From Paraphysomonas bandaiensis (taxonomy: Eukaryota > Protista > Chrysophyceae), in assembly GCA_965644295.1 (NCBI GenBank), contig CBFFRP010000398.1, positions 1 through 64,000 of the forward strand: DNA of 64,000 nt. The letters run 5' to 3'. Shown piece by piece: positions 12,372 through 23,700 of the stretch (positions within the stretch are counted from its first letter, which is position 1; every line of letters starts with the position of its first letter). The notes beneath the pieces are model-generated. The model saw only the letters and a list, made by a program, of their open reading frames with translations. It was not told where the DNA came from and did no database searches. Both the position numbers and the translations under genes were made by a program.

Positions 12372-13683
12372 AAGTCGATGTGATGCCCAAACCTGGTAAA
12401 GTGATTTTACCAGGTTTTGTTGGTGGATAGTAGATACTAAAAGTAACGTTGTTATGTTTAAACAATTACAAGTGTGTGTTGTCAACACAATTATTATTAA
12501 CTTAAACTGCTATAAGTGTTAAATTTCTACAGAAGTAGATAAAAAGAGCAGTACAAGTTAATAATAAGCGACGAGAGTAGAAGAAACGACGACTGGATGT
12601 TCATGTAGAATTTCAGCTGGTGGAAGAGGTGCAGATGGTGCAAGTGCAGGCGGATTCGGTTTATTCTCTTCATCTCCTCCTGCATAGCCATACACATCAC
12701 CCGTGATTCCTCTTGTTTCATTTAAAGTGCATGATGCATCCAGTATGGGCTCACTGGAAGCAGAAGTGACAACACATAATAAATAGATACTATATTACTT
12801 TAAATATATTACTATAAATAAAACGCAGTTATGTTTTTCTAGCTACTTACGGCAGGTTAAATGCTTACATGAAATGCCTTTGAAGTAAAGCTTTCGTAGT
12901 GGCAGTCCTTTCTTCTGCAGCATGCAATCTACACAATCAATCATTCTGATATTGTACTGTACACATATATATACATATAAAAGAAGTGGAATATATGAGA
13001 TCGTGTATCGTGATACATACCAGCAGTAGGTGTATTGTTGGCAACCCCAAGGAGAGTGACCGAAGGTGCAGATGGCTCCGATCGGCAACATCAAGAAGTA
13101 CTACCGAAGGCGCAGGAGAATCGATCACACCAGGAGGAGCGGTTGAATGTTGAGGTGGGATCAAATATTGTATCATGAGATAGTATGTGTGGCGTGAATT
13201 GGTTTTGTGATGACTATATATTGTACACAGTTATACTGCTGCAATGTGTTATATCTCGTTGAGCGGTGTGAATACATTATAAATATTGTTATATACAACG
13301 TGTGTCTCACGATGAGCTGAGTGAAGACTCAGTATGCTCATGTTGTACCGCTGGGAGATAGTGTATGACGTGTGTTGATTGAGTATGTATATGTTGAACT
13401 GACTGAATACTTTAGTAATAGATATGTGTGACCATTGGTTATGTGATGGCTATATGTTGTGTTAGGGTATAGATACCACTACTATGTATAATGTAACCGC
13501 TGCATTCTCACTTTTTTGACCTGTAACTAATATAAAATTTATTAAATGTCTCTAAAAACATGTTCTCTTTACACCTACTACATTATTAATTGCAAAACGC
13601 AACAAAACATCAACTAAAATCAACATTTTCAAAATTTCACCAGGTTTCGACCGCTTTACCAGGTTTGGGCATCACATCGACTT
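12372..13683. mobile_element. Non-autonomous TIR DNA transposon, AAGTCGA family, copy A (1312 bp)
   Basis: Perfect 30-bp TIR AAGTCGATGTGATGCCCAAACCTGGTAAAG. 3-bp TSD GTA. An empty-site paralog at 34756 has a single GTA. Confidence 0.9.
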
Positions 13684-13970
13684 GTACAAGGGACACCAAT
13701 AAGTGTCACTTGTGTAGACGTCTTTGTGCCCTGACGAATAAACAATAAACAGGCATCCGGGACAGGGCGCACCTGGAGGGTAGCCGGGGTATTGGGCTGC
13801 CTGCTGAAGTCAAGCATCCGGGATGCTCACCTCTTAAGGACTCAAAATCAAGCAACCCGTAGATGTCAGGTACATCAACATTCTGCTTGCTCACGACGTT
13901 TGCTTTTTGGTGGTTGCACCTTATTACTTGCGGCGATATGCACAAGCAGCTTCCGTAGCGTTAAATAGTA
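13684..13970. repeat. GC-richer dispersed repeat (possible solo LTR), copy 1, interrupted by TIR element A
   Basis: Aligns with 34756-34998 (GTACAAGGGACAC, CCGGGGTATTGGGCTGCCTGCTGAAG, ATCAACATTCTGCTTGCTCACG, CACAAGCAGCTT.CGTAGCGTT). Confidence 0.75.
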
Positions 13971-13998
13971 TAATAATAGAGTTTGTAAATGTGTACTA

Positions 13999-14138
13999 TA
14001 GTCGATGTAATCGAAAAACTCAACTAAAAATTGTAATTAACATTAACATAGTTCTCGAAGTAGTACTTATATGTGACACTTTTCGATATATGAAACCTGG
14101 TGAAATCACTTTCCCAGGTTTGTTGATCACATCGACTT
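13999..14138. mobile_element. Internally deleted AAGTCGA-family element, copy C (140 bp)
   Basis: Degenerate left TIR TAGTCGATGTAATCGAAAAAC versus right TIR (reverse complement) AAGTCGATGTGATCAACAAAC. 3-bp TSD CTA at 13996-13998 and 14139-14141. Confidence 0.7.
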
Positions 14139-14174
14139 CTAGTTAGTTATTAGTTACAGGTAGACGTCTACCTT

Positions 14175-15055
14175 AAGTCGAGGTAATACCAAAACCTGGG
14201 TTTTGATGTAAAACCTGGTGAAATTTTTGATGATGGTTGGAAAAGGGTATAACTATGCACAATAAGTAACTATGAAGATAATAACAGTATGAAAAGTATT
14301 ATTTATAATATTTTTTACTAATTTCTTCCATATTACTTCAGTTTTACAGCAATAAAAGTCACCGACTACACATATATATTACATACAGTTCACAAGTATG
14401 AATTATAACCATCTCACTATACACCACTTTACCATCTCACTAAACATCACTATACCATCTCAGAATACACCCACATACCATCTCACTATACACCCATATA
14501 CCATCTCACACCCATATACCATCTCACTATTATAATACACCCATACCATATTACTATGCATCACTATACCATCCCACTATATTATACCACTATACCATCT
14601 ACTGTATACCACTATACCACCTAACTATACATCACTACACTATCTCACTATACACCCATATACCATCTCACACCCATATACCATCTCACTATACACCCAT
14701 CCCATATTACTAATACTGCTTCGTTTCCGAGCATAGGTACTAATACTACTGTAAGTAGTAGTGGTAAAGATAGCTATATGCGTATGCAATGTATCCGAAA
14801 TCAGGCTATTCGGTTGGAGCGTTTGCAGTCTCAAGCGAAGCAGATGTAGCTATATGAGAATATGATATTACAAAACACAAGTAATAATAGCAGGGCCAAC
14901 TTTTAACGCAATAAATACTGCTAATAACAACTATACTTGCGACTTTTTCTTTATCTTTAACCTCGCAGATACAAATTACAGTAAAATAATAACTCAATAC
15001 TTATATATGAAACCTGGTGAAATTGCTTTACCAGGTTTTGGTATTACCTCGACTT
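14175..15055. mobile_element. Non-autonomous TIR DNA transposon, AAGTCGA family, copy B (881 bp)
   Basis: Perfect 25-bp TIR AAGTCGAGGTAATACCAAAACCTGG. 3-bp TSD CTT at 14172-14174 and 15056-15058. Confidence 0.9.
14408..14706. repeat. Degenerate minisatellite, unit of about 20-24 bp (TATACCATCTCACTATACACCCA), inside element B
   Basis: A dozen or more imperfect tandem copies of ACCATCTCAC(TATAC) on an almost G-free strand. Confidence 0.9.
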
Positions 15056-15321
15056 CTTGCTCGACTAGGGAACTATATATTGTAAAATAAAAAATATTTT
15101 ATTGATTGGTGCATCGGCCAAAAGTTAAAACTAAGTGTAGTATATGTCAACATTTTCGTTGACATTATATCAACATATTTACTTAGAAAGAGAAACACGC
15201 ACTGACAGTTGTCAACTTGATACTTGATAATATTATATCACATTGCACAATGTATATATAACGTACACAGCCAAATATTATGGCATTACATCCCTAATTG
15301 CATTACTTACACTTCACAGTT

Positions 15322-16848
15322 TTATTTGAAAGGAATTAACTTCAAAAAGTTACGTTTCATCCACTGTCCGGCAGTAATTTGAGTGTCACCATCCTTTTTC
15401 GTCGTAGCCACATTATGACCACCCCGTCGTACTTTCCCAAGCATATCCATCCAACCCTTACTCACAAATATATAGATACACACAAAAACGCACACCGCAC
15501 AAGATCCCCAAAACCAATTAGTCCCATTCTTCTGCTTCAACATGTACACCAACACACCACCATTCTCAAAATTCATACCAAATATTCCCGCTATGAAAGT
15601 CAGCGGCAAAAAAACCGTAGCTACAAGAGACAGTACGATATTGATTTGTTCATTTCTCCGGTTGATGATACCGTTTATGTTTTCCGTTATTCGCACCAAT
15701 TCCACATCCATATCGGTAATAACATCCAGCGCGTGCTCATAACTGCTAATAACATCACTCACCCACTCTTCAGGTAATAACGCTGCTAACTTCTCTTTAT
15801 TTTCCACAAGGCACTTAGTAGACCGATCTGTTAAATTTTCCATCAGTTTGAATCCGCTCTGAATAAAATCTACTCTATCCAGTATGGCATTTCCTTCCAC
15901 ATGATTCGGTGGGCGCTCGCGGACGTATACCATATCGTGCAAACGTAACTGACGCTGGGAATAGAACGATATAACAGGCGCTGTCATCTCTAGCATTACA
16001 TAGCATGCTTCGTATAGGAAGTACGCAGGTCCGGTCCGTTCGATCTCTTGAATTACCGGTGCAGAATTGATTCGACTGCATAAGTCTTGATAGGTTCGAC
16101 CAGTGTACGCCCCAGTTGTGCCAGCAGTGTGATGCTGCTCCTTACTTTCCTCCTCACGGACGTTGGAAGCCTTCAGAGTGTGCAAAACATTACGCAAACT
16201 CATCGCATTAGAGCGGTGGTGTTTCAAGGAAAGTTTTGCATCATCTGTGATAATGCTACCCGCACCACTACCAGAGTCGTCGGTGTACACTTCTTTCATA
16301 GCGGCATAAGTTCGGCGCTCTTGTGTAATTACAACGCTCTCGCACATATACATAAAAAGCTTAACTGCACAGATGATACCGTCTTCGTGTTGACAGTATG
16401 ATGTAATTGTAGCCAGCATGGTGTCATCCCCGAAGAAATTAAAAGTCGTTCGTGGCAAAGTATCGAGGAAAGATCTCATTGCTATTGGTTTCATAGAGAA
16501 ATGAGACGCAACGAGCTGCAAACATCTCTTATCAATCACATGAATCCAAGTAAACAGTCCTGTCATAGATGTAAGAAAAGATGTCACCTCTGACATAGTA
16601 ACTATTCGCTCTACTGTTTTATGGTTCTCAATAGTGTTTACGATTATCGCCGTTTTGTTTTCTTCCACTTTCGTATATCCGAATGGCTGTATAGGCCGTG
16701 GCATGAAACTGATATCTCGATAGAGTATACAGTGATTAAGCATCATACCACTTTGTAATATTTGTTCTTCTGAACATTGTATGATATGTTTATGTTGTTC
16801 ATAATCATCTGTTGTTAATAGTGCTGATAGTCTCCTCTTCTGTACCAT
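15322..16848 (-). CDS. corA: CorA-family Mg2+/divalent cation transporter (508 aa, intronless)
   Basis: LSLVATVFLPLTFIAGIFGMNF carries the GMN signature at the end of TM1, followed by a second TM helix. FTWIHV occurs in the N-terminal funnel region. Confidence 0.9.
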   Translation of the reverse strand: MVQKRRLSALLTTDDYEQHKHIIQCSEEQILQSGMMLNHCILYRDISFMPRPIQPFGYTKVEENKTAIIVNTIENHKTVERIVTMSEVTSFLTSMTGLFTWIHVIDKRCLQLVASHFSMKPIAMRSFLDTLPRTTFNFFGDDTMLATITSYCQHEDGIICAVKLFMYMCESVVITQERRTYAAMKEVYTDDSGSGAGSIITDDAKLSLKHHRSNAMSLRNVLHTLKASNVREEESKEQHHTAGTTGAYTGRTYQDLCSRINSAPVIQEIERTGPAYFLYEACYVMLEMTAPVISFYSQRQLRLHDMVYVRERPPNHVEGNAILDRVDFIQSGFKLMENLTDRSTKCLVENKEKLAALLPEEWVSDVISSYEHALDVITDMDVELVRITENINGIINRRNEQINIVLSLVATVFLPLTFIAGIFGMNFENGGVLVYMLKQKNGTNWFWGSCAVCVFVCIYIFVSKGWMDMLGKVRRGGHNVATTKKDGDTQITAGQWMKRNFLKLIPFK

Positions 16849-17360
16849 TATATATGAGGGATATCCTACCTATAGATAGATTATACTAGACCACTCATAT
16901 ATAGATATAGGGATTGGTTACCCTTCAATGATGCTGTGATGTATGTAATGGTGGTTTGTTTATATTGGAGTTGAGTTGTAGCTAGCTATACTCTGTATGA
17001 ATAAGAGTAGGCATATAAGATAACGATCTCGATGCATGTACAGAGCAAGTACAGCATATCTGGACAGTGTATACGTTGTTTCCCTATATATATATATAAT
17101 ATATACGGTATACAGTACAGGTATGAATAGATTCAATAGTCATATATCTACTCAGAATACGACAGAGTACAGAGTGTATACCTGACAGCACCAGCAGTAC
17201 ACATGTTCTAGAATAGAGATGTATATATATATGAGAATGTCAAGAATTTTATAGCCACACCTGTAGCATATAGTCCTTCTATAGTACACTGATACCTGCA
17301 GAGGTCCATTCTTCACATACTTTACCATTTATAAGAGTAATTAAATTTATTCAAAGAATT

Positions 17361-18401
17361 ATGAGTTATCCTCAGTGGCTTGGATTATTGAAATGGAGTT
17401 TAGCACAGACAGATGGTACATCTGAATCTGATTTCTCTCAAATGACAGAAGAAAACAAGAAGTGGCTCGAAGAGGTTATGAAGGAAATGGTCAAAGATGA
17501 ACCTCATAGACTTTCTGAAATACTAACAACATTTTCGGAAATTGTAGACAGAGGTATCAAATCTGAGGATGAAGGACAAATCGTTGATTTATTGGAAGAA
17601 GCTCATGACATGATTGACCAGATAGACATGGCTAATATATTTGTCAAATTTGGAGGCATTAAGGCCCTATTAGGTTTTTTAAATTGTGGAACACTATCGG
17701 ATAACGCGAAGTGTATCGTATGCGTAATATGTGGTGAATTGTCCCAGAACAATCCTTCAGTCCAGGAAGCTATGTTGATGCAAGGTGTATTGGACCAGTT
17801 GTGCGTTGTCTGTGCATCAGATGTATCACCGAAGTTGTGTGATAAAACCTTATATGCCATATCTTGTGTTATTCGTGGCTATAGTCCGGGAGAGGCTCGC
17901 TTTTGCACTGAATTAACTGGTCACGTGTTACTAAATCGCATTTTATTGCGCGGAGACATGGCCTGCAGCAAAAGAGTTTTCTTTTTGTCAAATGCACTCG
18001 TAATGTCAGATTTCACTTCCCCAACTCGGATTGAGCACATTAGTAATGCTGTATTGAGTTTCTGTATTAGTATGTTACATCGTGGGGAATGTAATAGTGA
18101 TACGTGTGACATATGCTTGCAACTACTTATGACGCTTTCTGAGTCCTCTTCTGGACATAATATGTTAGTAACATACAAAGCACAGTTAGAAGATTGCCTC
18201 AACTATATGGAAGCTAATCCTGTTGAGTTGGATTCAGATGACACAGAATGGATATCTAGTGAGAGGCAGAGGGTAGCTGGTGTGATTAGTACTCTTAGGG
18301 AGAGAATAAAGAAGGGACCTCCTCCAGTCACACATGGAAGTGGTGAAATGACATCTCCAACCGAAGCTGCTCCGTCTTCCAATTTGATGATGCTTACCTA
18401 A
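17361..18401 (+). CDS. FES1: Hsp70 nucleotide exchange factor Fes1/HspBP1
   Basis: WLGLLKWSLAQTDGT N-terminus, IDQIDMANIFVKFGG, SQNNPSVQ and LYAISCVIRG armadillo-like motifs. Confidence 0.88.
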   Translation: MSYPQWLGLLKWSLAQTDGTSESDFSQMTEENKKWLEEVMKEMVKDEPHRLSEILTTFSEIVDRGIKSEDEGQIVDLLEEAHDMIDQIDMANIFVKFGGIKALLGFLNCGTLSDNAKCIVCVICGELSQNNPSVQEAMLMQGVLDQLCVVCASDVSPKLCDKTLYAISCVIRGYSPGEARFCTELTGHVLLNRILLRGDMACSKRVFFLSNALVMSDFTSPTRIEHISNAVLSFCISMLHRGECNSDTCDICLQLLMTLSESSSGHNMLVTYKAQLEDCLNYMEANPVELDSDDTEWISSERQRVAGVISTLRERIKKGPPPVTHGSGEMTSPTEAAPSSNLMMLT

Positions 18402-18889
18402 TTGAAGAATACTATGTAGCTAGTTTAAATTTGACACTTTCATGATATAAATTGAAATTATAACTTCTCTATATTCTGCTGGCCCCGACCCGACATGCTG
18501 TATTGAGCAGTGGATATACTGAACTGCTATTAGCCTGAGTGCTTAATCTTATCTTCTAGAATGTGAAATTAGATACCCAAGAATTATTCTCCGAGGTACC
18601 ACGTAGGTAGTAAGTAGATAAGAACCGAATGGTGAACTGATTTCAGAAATTGAAAACTATTGGAAAATGGTTAAGAGCTTTATACTCTAAACAACTTCAT
18701 CACACCCGGATGAAGAAGCACTGCAACTACACCGTTCAATCTATCTCTAGATATTGAAGCAAGTTGTACACTACATAATTATCCTAATATCACACCCATC
18801 ACTGGCATAAATAACACACTCTTCCTCTACCATAGTTTCAAAATAACAAAACTGTTAGCTTTCTTGGTTTTACATGTAACCTAGCTGTG

Positions 18890-20111
18890 TCATTTTCCGT
18901 CCTCCTCGTCATCTTTCTCATCCTCGTCCCTAATTTTCTGTTTTCATAGTTGTCAACACACATAACCATGACATATAATACAAAATATAATATAATACGT
19001 ATTGTGTATGTATGAATAGAAAACTGGGTGCAAATTAGCTACGAGCATATAATACACACGGCACCATACCGAGTCCGCCAGCAGCTCTAGCATATCTGAC
19101 AGGACATCACCCCCTCCACACTTGAATCGCTTGGCTTCCATCACTGCACTCTGGAATACCTGCACGATCATAGACCACACTAAGAATTACGTGATGAATT
19201 CCAGCTGCCTGACACACCTTGACAACATTCGTGCCATCAGCAGCAGATACGAAAAAGAATGGGAGATTATTCTTGGCTGCAAATTTAAAATTCTTGCGTG
19301 TCACCTGTACAAGGCCATGGTGTAATTCAGTAAAGCGTTTGCTAGCTCAAAACAATATACATCTACATTGATATTTAAATAGGCTTACATTATAATCAAC
19401 ATCAATTTTGTTGGCCACAAGGACGCACGGTATAGATGGGCAATACTCTCGAAGCTCTTTGTACCAATCAGAAAGATGTTGATACGTAATTTTCCGCGTC
19501 ACGTCAAATACCAGTATACAGCAATGTGCCCTGAAAAACATTGACACACAACACGCTTTAGATCTACGCAAGTGACTAGACATTGATGACTACACATGCA
19601 TACCTGTAATAGTACGAGGGGTGCATTCTGTTGAATGTTTCCTGGCCAGCTGTGTCCCAGAAATCTGCAAACGAACAATTATATGAAACACCAATTCACA
19701 TAGTAACGCAGTCATGCATCAATTATAATATGAAGGATATGTTGCCGTTTAGGGGAGATACTACTGCACATCACCGTTATCCATACCTACTGTTGATATG
19801 TTTTTGTCGTCCCCAATGGATATCTCCTTTCGATATAACGTCAATGCATATGTGGACAGCTATAACATCAAGTTGTTTCTATTAACCCCACGCTTACGTA
19901 TGGCAGCGAATAATAGCACCTGTCTTGGATTGTAATCATCCATCAAATATCGTTCCACTAATTTCGATTTGCCAACTGCAGAGTCTCCCAACAATATAAT
20001 CTAATGGCATTATCAACAATAAGTACACTTGAAGACTATTTGGCTGTTACGAGCCCATACCTTAAAATCAGGATCAGGTAGTGAGTCTTCACCATTCTTT
20101 TCGTCTGCCAT
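18890..20111 (-). CDS. RABL2: Rab-like small GTPase RABL2 (ciliary/IFT-associated), about 8 exons
   Basis: Spliced translation: KIILLGDSAVGKSKLVERYLMDDYNPRQLSTYALTLYRK, DFWDTAGQETF, AHCCILVFDVTRKITYQHL, VANKID and FVSAADGTNVVK. Acidic tail without a prenylation motif. Confidence 0.9.
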
Positions 20112-20796
20112 ATTTGACTATTCTCTTAAATTCAATTAATATAAAATCAACAGCTCTGTATGATGATGTGGCTTGGCTGGCTTCTGAAAGAATTGCACAG
20201 TCAATGATGCAATCGTTTATCGAGAACGCCGATAAACCCAAAGAGTAGTATATAGTCTTTTATATCAAAGCAAGCCCTTCATATAAATGTAATCTAGACC
20301 TTTTGAAACACACCACACTGTACATACTGCCTATATAGCTACCTGCTGTACGTCTACTGCTATGTATATGTATGAACTGTATTTCCAATACTGTGATACG
20401 CTTTTGTTGCTGCATCTCGAAAGAATCAATACAGTTTTTAAAGTGACATATGTATTTGGTTATAATTATAGGGTATTTTGATGATATTTTTCAGGTTTTT
20501 TCTTAATTTTAGTGTTTTTTATAGATTCTATTTGATGAAACGCCTATACGATATAAAGTATAGGGTACATCTACTGTACATATATCTGTATATGCATGTA
20601 CGATAGTTCAGGGATGTAATGAAGAAACTAGAGATGTGGCTACAATGAGAAGTAGTCATTAATCCATAGATATTATAATCAATTACAGTGTTATTATTGT
20701 ATCTTGGATTCAAACTATTCAGGTCATCAACCCAACCAGTGCTCTTTATAATCTAATAATCATGATTGAATCCATACGAAGCTGTGCATTAGATTA

Positions 20797-23700
20797 ATGG
20801 GAAATCGGCTATCAACAATCAACCATGAAGACTGTAAAGGTCCCACCCTTAATGTAGAATTCTTTAAGACAGTACGTGCAAAGTGGGTGGAATATTTTGT
20901 ATCTCGTTTAAATGAAAATGCACTGTCTGATTTGGAGATTTCAAATACAAATCAAATGCTTCAATGGAGGGATTACTTTAAGATCTTGTCAGAAGTAAAG
21001 GAATACTCAGAGAGGGATGCAGATATCAAAAAGAGATTGACATGGCATCCTACAACCTGTGGATATATGATGCAGCCCGAAATTGTTGTACCAGATACTC
21101 CACCAAGTCCGGTGAAAGGTCTGCCGGACGATTACACAGAAGATGAAGCGTCGGATATGAGTGAGTCTGAAGTATATTCCAGTGATGAAAATGATGTACA
21201 TATTCAAAAATCTAACACGCACTCCACTGATCCCGATAACAATAACAACGGCATTGCTGACGAAGGTGACACTGAGGAAGCGGAATCTTCTGAGGGTGAC
21301 ATTTCCTCAACTGAATTTGTTCCTCCTAGACACTGGGATGCTACAAAGCTCAGCCCCATATTTTTTGGATATAATAATATGACTGTTCAAGAATACCGAC
21401 AGACTATTGAAGAAACTAAAGAAATGACTAAACGAGCTGAGCAGAGAGCTGTCCAGAAGGCCTTGGACTCACGTTTGTCTGCTCTGCAAGAATACGAGTC
21501 AAGTACTAAAAATAGAGAGAGACTCCGCTTAGAGAAGATTAAAGAGCTGGAGGAGGCATATGACACGGAGAGGAAAAGGAGAGATGAAGATCTTGCGAGG
21601 AAGAAGAGCAGCCTCCCGGAGATGGGATTTAAAATGTATAAGGTATGACGCTGTTTCCATTGCAGAAATCGGACTAATGTATGCGCTGTTTCTGCACCAT
21701 AGGTTCAATGGGATAAAGAGTATAACGCCGCAGAAGAGGCTTTTGAAGCCGAGATTACAGAAATGCGTCGAGTAAGTATGGGATGTCACTACGCTATACA
21801 TGATAAGTATTTGACAGTACGCCTTATTATGTTTGTTTGAATTACACTATGACTGTATTGTATAAAAGTATATTACAGAGAACTGAAGTGTCTGATGTTT
21901 GGATAATTACGTGATATTAATAAATTAGGTTCATATCATGAAAACTGCTGATGACCAAGTGGCTTGCCGCACTCGTAAGGAAGATGTCGAAGCTTTCAAA
22001 GATGCAGAGAACCAAGACCTTCCAGCGGCTGAAAGACTGGAAGAGATTTCTAAAGCTGAAATGGCTCTGTGGATAGAGGAGGTTGAAGTAAGAACAGAAG
22101 CAATGGAAGCTGCGAGACAAGAGTACAATGTAAGCACTTGTGTTTGGGGCCTATGCAAGTTTCATTCGCTATATATATATATATACAGTGAACACAACTG
22201 CATATGTAATATTTGTGCACAGAAACTTCGTGAAGAATTTGCAAAAGTACAGACTAATAAACGCAAGGCTATGGAAATGAAGTCGACGTTGAACGTGACT
22301 GAGACAAAGGTTGATAAGTGCATTATTTAGCTACATCCTCGTGTGTCTGATCCTGATATTTTGAACTTCGTATATATTATCCTGTCTACATATTTATGGT
22401 ATTGTATTTTATAGGTACGAACGATGCAGCGCCGATTAGAAGAAGCCCTCAACAACCTATCTGATGCCGAAACACTCTTAGACCGATCTATACGCATCAA
22501 GGATCAGCAGGATAAGTTACTACCACTTTTCCAAATTGTTTCTGGTGAAGCTCGGTCTAAGGAATGCCGTCTTGATGTAATGTTGTGTTGTCTTGTCGTC
22601 CTTTGCTCTGGCACTTTCGACCAAAAATTGGCACAGGTGATTCAAGCTTATGATGCCGATCGTACAGGTTATTTTAATTTTAAATTTTTGGTTCACATTC
22701 AAATGGTGTTTCACACGGCTTTTCATGTCCTAAACTATCTTCCGTTTCCTCCAGTCGAGGAGGAGGTTACATATATCACTGAGCGAGCTTTCTTAGATCG
22801 TGGGATGCATGATTTTTCAAAGGCAGAACTGAACCAATACGAGCTGAAGCAGTTTCTAGTGACGTGTTTAGGAACGTGTAAACCTTTGTGCTCTCTTCTC
22901 GGCATAGCCCCGCGGGAGTTGTACGGTTCTTATCAAAGAAATAAAATGTCTGTCATCATGTTGAATCAAAAAGGACTTGTCAATATGTCGACATGTCGCT
23001 ACAGATATCATTACAGTCTTATCCAATACAAACCCTTACTTCATCCAGAGCATGTGGCTTCTATACATGATCTTGCGCTTGGCATGGGTGCAAACGACCC
23101 TCTCAGGAGTGATTACACGAAATTTACTAAGAAAGCAAAGAAAGCGAGTGACTCTTACGTAGTTCCTCTGGATACCGGTCACCTAACGAATCTCATGTAT
23201 CATAGCAATAAAATACGACAAGAAAGCGCTATTGTTATTCAAACTATGGCGAGGGCGTACATACAACGCCGTCAGGCAGAATTCGAAGCCAAGCGCAGAG
23301 CGTTCAGCTCTGCGAAGCAATTGGCCATGCAGGAAATGAAGGAAAAAGTGCTGAACGAATTCAAACGCCGGGAGGCGTCTGAAGGGACAGCTAAAATGAA
23401 ATGGGATGCCCAGGTGTGTATAGATATTCAGGGATATTGTGCGTATGTGTTACGCTAGAATACTTTGTAGATTTATTGGTTGCGCAGTGTTGTTAATTCT
23501 ATTATATCATAAGTAAATGTAATCATTGCCTTTATGTGTACAGGTGAGAATGCGTCAAGCGAAACTAAGATCTAGCGGCACGAATCTTAGCCGTGCAGAT
23601 GTCGTGATGGTGATGATGGAGGAGGCAATTACTCGGTCACGTGAAGAGATTGAGGCACGGTTTCGTAAGCTTGAAGAAGAGGAAGGATTAGACCCGGTGG

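Noticed and set aside
12843-12930. CKHL as a SWIM zinc finger of a transposase in element A
   Set aside because: The upstream CxC spacing is not convincing and there is no surrounding transposase sequence.
13729-13760. CTGACGA as a hammerhead ribozyme core
   Set aside because: No correctly placed GAAA or stems were found, and the motif is not conserved in the second copy of the repeat.
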